Assembly: GCA_946407735.1 (NCBI GenBank) | Contig: CAMJPL010000001.1 | Span: 88,182-152,181, forward strand | Source of the DNA: an uncultured Clostridia bacterium | Lineage (GTDB): Bacteria > Bacillota > Clostridia > Oscillospirales > CAG-272 | DNA length: 64,000 nucleotides | Reading direction: 5' to 3' | Part shown: one piece after another, positions 60,810 through 64,000 of the stretch | Position numbering within the stretch: position 1 is the first letter of the stretch | How the letters are laid out: every line of letters begins with the position of its first letter | Position numbers and translations under genes: made by a program | Notes under the pieces: model-generated | Databases searched by the model: none | Told to the model about the DNA's origin: nothing | The model's input: the letters and a program-made list of their open reading frames with translations, nothing else

Positions 60810-62291
60810 TTACATATGCTCCGGCTTGAAGCCGTCGGCCATCTCGAGTATCTCGACGCGCTCGCGGTCTATTATGTCGAACAGCTTGTTCATTCTCGTG
60901 ACGAAGATGTATTTCGCCTTGACGATAGGCATGGCGTCGAGTATCTGCCATATCCCCTCGGCGCCTTCGGCGTAGGAGGTCGTCTGGAAGGTCTCGTTCA
61001 GAAGGATCAGGGCGTGCGGATGGTTTTCGACGCCGTCGACGATCCTCGCTATCTGCTGTACCTCGCCCTCGAAGCGTCCGGCCGTGTCGCCGGCGCGGAA
61101 ATCCTCCTCGGCCGAGGAAAAATGGGAGTACAGCGCCCCGCGGATGGATATCTCCGCCTCGGCGGCGGTGACGGGGAGCCCGGCCTGAGCCATGATATGG
61201 GCGATGCCGATGCCGCGCAGGAGGGTGGTCTTGCCCATGTTGCTCCGCCCGCGTATGATTATGCCGTCTGACTCGCGCGTCAGCTCGATGTCGGACGGGA
61301 CGATGTCGGCGCCGGTCTTGTTCTCGGTGACGAGGGAGAAAGTGCGCAGGGTCTTCAGAGAGAAACGGTCCTCGTCAGCATCCAGAAGCTTCGGGAACGA
61401 CCAGTCTATCCCGGACTCACTGAGGAAGCCGATCATCTCAAGCGCAGCGTCGTAGAATACTATCTCTCCCGACAGGCCGGAGAAGGTGTCGTATATGCCG
61501 CCTGTGACCGACGTCAGAGCGGCGTCGATCCTGCGAAGCGATTCGCTCGCGATATACAGCGCGTCGTCTACCGTCGCCTCGTCGCTCTCTATCGGGAAGA
61601 CGGCGGCGTCGCCGGTCTTTTTGCGGCTGAACAGCTTGGCGAGCGGGTTCTGCGGCTTGTCGTCGATCTCGGTTATCTCGCAGAGATCGGCGGTCGTGAG
61701 ACGGAGAGCGGTGTCGAGCTCGGCCATCGCCGAGAACTCGAAATCGGCAGGAGATTTGTACCTGAACAGGGCGCTCACCCTCTCGAGCTCGCTCAGCCTC
61801 TCGCTTTCGAGCATCGACCTGCAGAAGTCGCGTATCGACGTAAGACATTCGCTCTTTATCTCGTATTTGCCTATGATCTCGGCGAAGGAGGCGAAGAACG
61901 AGGTGATCGTCTTCGGGAACATCGCCGTCACCTTGAGCGAGGCGAAGGTGTATTCGAGAAGGGCGCGGCGGTTCACCGAACCCGACTGCGGATAGGCTCC
62001 CGAGCGCATCTGCTGCCAGTCGGAGCGGACGCGGTCGTATCTTGAGAATATAGTCTTGAGCTCGTCAAGAAGTCCGTCGTTTTCGATGAAATCGCGCATC
62101 AGCTGCTGACGGTATTCGATGTCGGCTCTGTCGGTGAGCGGGCGGCTGAGAACGCCGAGAAGATAGTCGGCGCGGCGCTGATCCGATACCGTCTTCCTCA
62201 CGGCACGGTCGAGCGACAGGTCGTAGGCGAGATCGAATACCTCGGTGCGCTCGGCGGATTCGGGCGTGCGGTATAATAAACTGAATTTCAT
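60810..62291 (-). CDS. MutS domain V-like ATPase, paralog B (no mismatch-binding or Smr domain)
   Basis: Walker A IRGRSNMGKTTLLR, Walker B-like LILLNETFQTT, and VTRM in place of the MutS (A/I)TH motif. 493 aa. Confidence 0.75.
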   Translation of the reverse strand: MKFSLLYRTPESAERTEVFDLAYDLSLDRAVRKTVSDQRRADYLLGVLSRPLTDRADIEYRQQLMRDFIENDGLLDELKTIFSRYDRVRSDWQQMRSGAYPQSGSVNRRALLEYTFASLKVTAMFPKTITSFFASFAEIIGKYEIKSECLTSIRDFCRSMLESERLSELERVSALFRYKSPADFEFSAMAELDTALRLTTADLCEITEIDDKPQNPLAKLFSRKKTGDAAVFPIESDEATVDDALYIASESLRRIDAALTSVTGGIYDTFSGLSGEIVFYDAALEMIGFLSESGIDWSFPKLLDADEDRFSLKTLRTFSLVTENKTGADIVPSDIELTRESDGIIIRGRSNMGKTTLLRGIGIAHIMAQAGLPVTAAEAEISIRGALYSHFSSAEEDFRAGDTAGRFEGEVQQIARIVDGVENHPHALILLNETFQTTSYAEGAEGIWQILDAMPIVKAKYIFVTRMNKLFDIIDRERVEILEMADGFKPEHM

Positions 62292-62297
62292 GATGCG

Positions 62298-63761
62298 TTA
62301 TACCTCTCCGAATCTCTCGCCGAGCTGTTCTCTTGTCAGACGGTATTTAAGCAGGATGTCTCGGGCGTAGCTCGAGCTGTCGGCGCGGCGGCGCTCCACC
62401 TTGTATGTCCTGCGGTTCGCGTCGGTATGATCGACGACGACGTTCAGATACGGTATCTGATTCTGGCTTATTCCGAGCTGATGAGTGATGTAAAGCCCGA
62501 ACACGCCGGTGCTGTACAGCCGCGACGCCAGAGAAGAGGTGAGGTTCACGGCTATATCCTCGGTCGTCGTCGAGTACGTCTCGTTCAGCAGCACGATGGA
62601 GCTGCCGTCGGCCTTCGCAAGGATGGCGTCGACGCGGTTCTGGTCGTCCATGAAGCGGCCGTTCTCGTCGAAGCGCTCGTCCCTCGGGAAATGGGTGTAG
62701 ATGCCGTCCGGTATGCTCATCTCGGCCGACTCGCAGGCGACCGGGCATCCGAGAGCGAACATGACGGCGGTGGTCCCCACGGCGCGGAGATACGTCGTCT
62801 TGCCGCCTCCGTTGGCGCCGGTGAGATAGAAGAAGGGCTCGTCGGCGGTGAAGAGGATGTCGTTCGGTATGATCTTCATGTCGTCCTTCGCGAGGAGCGT
62901 TATGTCGTATGCCGAGCGGACGTCGATCTTCTTCTCCGTTGATATCGTCGGGAATATGAGCGGTATCCCGGCGGCGGTCACACGGTCGAACGCCGACGCG
63001 AAACCGAGGTAGAACCGAAGCTGACCGATATATGAAAGCACTGCGCGGTCGTAGAACTTTCCCATCTCTTTCCGGAAGGCGGCGAAGGCGGCGAACTCAT
63101 CCGGCAGCGCCTTGACGACGCCGCTGATGATGTTCATCGAAAGCGGATTCGCTTGCTTGACGTCCGGGATCGGGCGGGGAAGCCCCAGACCCTCGGCGCA
63201 TTCGGCGATGGTCTGGAGATATGTGCTTTTCGGGCTGTCCTTTACCCTGATCGACTCGCCCTTCGTGATGAAGCAGACTCTGTTTTTCAGAAGTCCGGTC
63301 ACCATCGGCAGGACGTTTTCGAGAGCGGACGAGGTGCGGTCGAACCAGCTCATCCCGGTCTGGGCGGTGAAAAACGAGTTGAACCGCGAAAGCAGCTCTC
63401 CGCTGCCGGAAAGAGCCGCCGCCGCCTTATAAAACGCGAGCAGTCTCGAGGCGAGGGTGACATATATGACGTCCCTCTCGCTGTCCGAGCGGGCTGCGCC
63501 GTACAGCGCGTCGGTCTCGCCGAGCTCCTCTGCCGCCGAGAGCAGAGTCTGCATCCGTCCCCTGAATCCGGAGTCGGTGAGGCACGAAAATACCTCCCGT
63601 CGGGCGCGGATGTCCTCCTCGCCGAGAAGATACCCGGCGTCGTCGAGCGTGTGCTCCGGCAGAAGCGCCGTCAGCCTGAGATCGTCGAACGTTTCGGCGG
63701 ATATTTTGTTTTCCGGTCTGTCGGCGGTGAAAAGCAGATCGGGAAAGATAGATTGCGCCAT
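62298..63761 (-). CDS. MutS domain V-like ATPase, paralog A (no mismatch-binding or Smr domain)
   Basis: Walker A LTGANGGGKTTYLR, ...ALGCPVACESA..., Walker B-like IVLLNETYSTT, and ITHQ. This is collinear with the MutS ATPase-domain pattern TGPNMGGKST...LDE.GRGT...ATH. 487 aa. Confidence 0.78.
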   Translation of the reverse strand: MAQSIFPDLLFTADRPENKISAETFDDLRLTALLPEHTLDDAGYLLGEEDIRARREVFSCLTDSGFRGRMQTLLSAAEELGETDALYGAARSDSERDVIYVTLASRLLAFYKAAAALSGSGELLSRFNSFFTAQTGMSWFDRTSSALENVLPMVTGLLKNRVCFITKGESIRVKDSPKSTYLQTIAECAEGLGLPRPIPDVKQANPLSMNIISGVVKALPDEFAAFAAFRKEMGKFYDRAVLSYIGQLRFYLGFASAFDRVTAAGIPLIFPTISTEKKIDVRSAYDITLLAKDDMKIIPNDILFTADEPFFYLTGANGGGKTTYLRAVGTTAVMFALGCPVACESAEMSIPDGIYTHFPRDERFDENGRFMDDQNRVDAILAKADGSSIVLLNETYSTTTEDIAVNLTSSLASRLYSTGVFGLYITHQLGISQNQIPYLNVVVDHTDANRRTYKVERRRADSSSYARDILLKYRLTREQLGERFGEV

Positions 63762-63802
63762 TTGGATATATCCTTGAAAATAGTCGGTTTATTACATACA
63801 CT

Positions 63803-63831
63803 ATTGTAGCACAAATCCATGCCGTTGTCAA
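63803..63831 (-). promoter_or_regulatory. sigma-70-type promoter of the MutS-like operon
   Basis: Minus strand: TTGACA (63831-63826), 17 nt, TACAAT (63808-63803), with TGC before the -10. Confidence 0.55.
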
Positions 63832-63865
63832 TGAGGATGATGTGAACAGAGACGCGGCGTGAAAT

Positions 63866-63896
63866 ACAAAAAAGCCCGACGCCGGGCGTTCGGGCT
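63866..63896 (-). terminator. rho-independent terminator of an upstream minus-strand gene beyond the window edge
   Basis: Minus strand: AGCCCGAACGCC/GGCGTCGGGCT hairpin followed by TTTTTTG. Confidence 0.7.
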
Positions 63897-64000
63897 GTAT
63901 GTTAGATTGTGGCAGATATTATATCCCTATGATATATCATCCTGTGACGCTGCCTTTTTCTCTCTTTTCATGCTGCGACATCAGCCAGTACATCACTTCG

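Noticed and set aside
63937-64000. Possible 3' end of a minus-strand gene at the window edge (…EVMYWLMSQHEKREKGSVTG*).
   Set aside because: Only ~21 codons are visible, so the product cannot be identified. The downstream terminator (63866-63896) supports a gene being there, but nothing more can be said.

Overview
64-kb chromosomal window from a high-GC Gram-positive genome. It looks Clostridia-like, but that is inferred only from gene content: SLH wall anchor, RqcH, ClpE-type ATPase, YfhO, NfnAB, and ecfA1-ecfA2-ecfT-truA synteny. I can support about 50 protein genes on both strands and one tRNA. There is no rRNA and no CRISPR array. Housekeeping genes: ald, ybaK, rqcH, an MscS-family channel, ruvC-ruvA-ruvB, the ECF energizing module plus truA, cvpA, a clpE-like gene, pnp, rpsO and nfnAB. 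Envelope and glycan genes: a GH3 lipoprotein, a 1388-aa SLH protein with nine copies of an unassigned module, three solute-binding lipoproteins with no permease genes nearby, beta-propeller and beta-helix hydrolase-like proteins, and YfhO. The clearest accessory block is a ~4.9-kb AT-rich integrative element at 50173-55128. It carries a tyrosine integrase, an excisionase-type HTH, a Rep_1 rolling-circle initiator and an acidic ORF, and more than a quarter of it is non-coding. It sits in tRNA-Leu(UAG) between 43-bp direct repeats that duplicate the 5' half of the tRNA, which leaves the consensus tRNA promoter stranded at the far end. Other candidates for undescribed biology: (1) an operon with two tandem, divergent MutS-domain-V-like ATPases (Walker B Asp to Asn in both) plus a DUF523/TudS-like protein and a lipoprotein; (2) a P-type-ATPase homologue in which every catalytic signature motif is degenerate; (3) a family of ~80-bp palindromic intergenic elements (4 copies, arms covary) that bracket ruvA; (4) a 10-codon Met-rich leader ORF plus alternative hairpins ahead of a P-loop-kinase-GNAT fusion; (5) four tandem 14-bp dyad units in the ald leader. 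I found no module I can name as a known defence, toxin-antitoxin or CRISPR system. All functional calls rest on motif recognition by eye, not on database searches.
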